From Antedon mediterranea (taxonomy: Eukaryota > Animalia > Echinodermata), in assembly GCF_964355755.1 (NCBI RefSeq), contig NC_092679.1, positions 7,470,201 through 7,534,200 of the forward strand: DNA of 64,000 bases. Direction: 5' to 3'. The translations under genes and the position numbers were made by a program. The stretch's first letter is position 1. Each line of letters begins with the position of its first letter. Positions 63,861-64,000 of the stretch are shown here, piece after piece. The notes under the pieces are model-generated. The model did not search any database. It worked only from the letters and a program-made list of their open reading frames with translations, and was not told the origin of the DNA.

Positions 63861-64000
63861 ATTCCTTTAGCACGCACTCCACTTAATTAAGACAATCTAA
63901 TTCCCAATGGTGCAATGGATTTGTTAACAACATGCAAACGAGATGAACTTATAGCTGATTAATAAATTCTGAAATGACAATAGATTAAGAAAATGTGTAT

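Overview
AT-rich, repeat-rich animal genomic DNA, not prokaryotic. An invertebrate deuterostome such as an echinoderm is a plausible but unproven source. Three complete multi-exon genes lie in tandem on the minus strand and could be assembled by hand with phase-consistent GT-AG junctions: LRRC57 (5 exons, 26548->1641, 237 aa), PPP5C/protein phosphatase 5 (12 exons, 35227->28020, 490 aa, with one U12-type intron) and a TJAP1/BEGAIN-family coiled-coil gene (6 exons, 63860->48585, 561 aa). The rest is introns and intergenic DNA full of MITEs (PIF/Harbinger-, piggyBac-, Tc1/pogo-, Kolobok-like), tRNA-derived SINEs, truncated CR1/L2-group LINEs and minisatellites. Most notable: (i) two non-autonomous DNA elements (553 bp and 8.7 kb) with different bodies share GAG(C/G)TATAT termini and exact 7-bp target-site duplications, and the large one sits 118 nt upstream of the PPP5C start codon; (ii) a minimal hammerhead ribozyme lies next to a tandem pair of complete tRNA-like cloverleaves with an ATC anticodon; (iii) the U12 intron; (iv) a 2-kb satellite that appears to have grown out of one arm of an inverted repeat. 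All coordinates were counted by eye; repeat boundaries may be off by a few bases.
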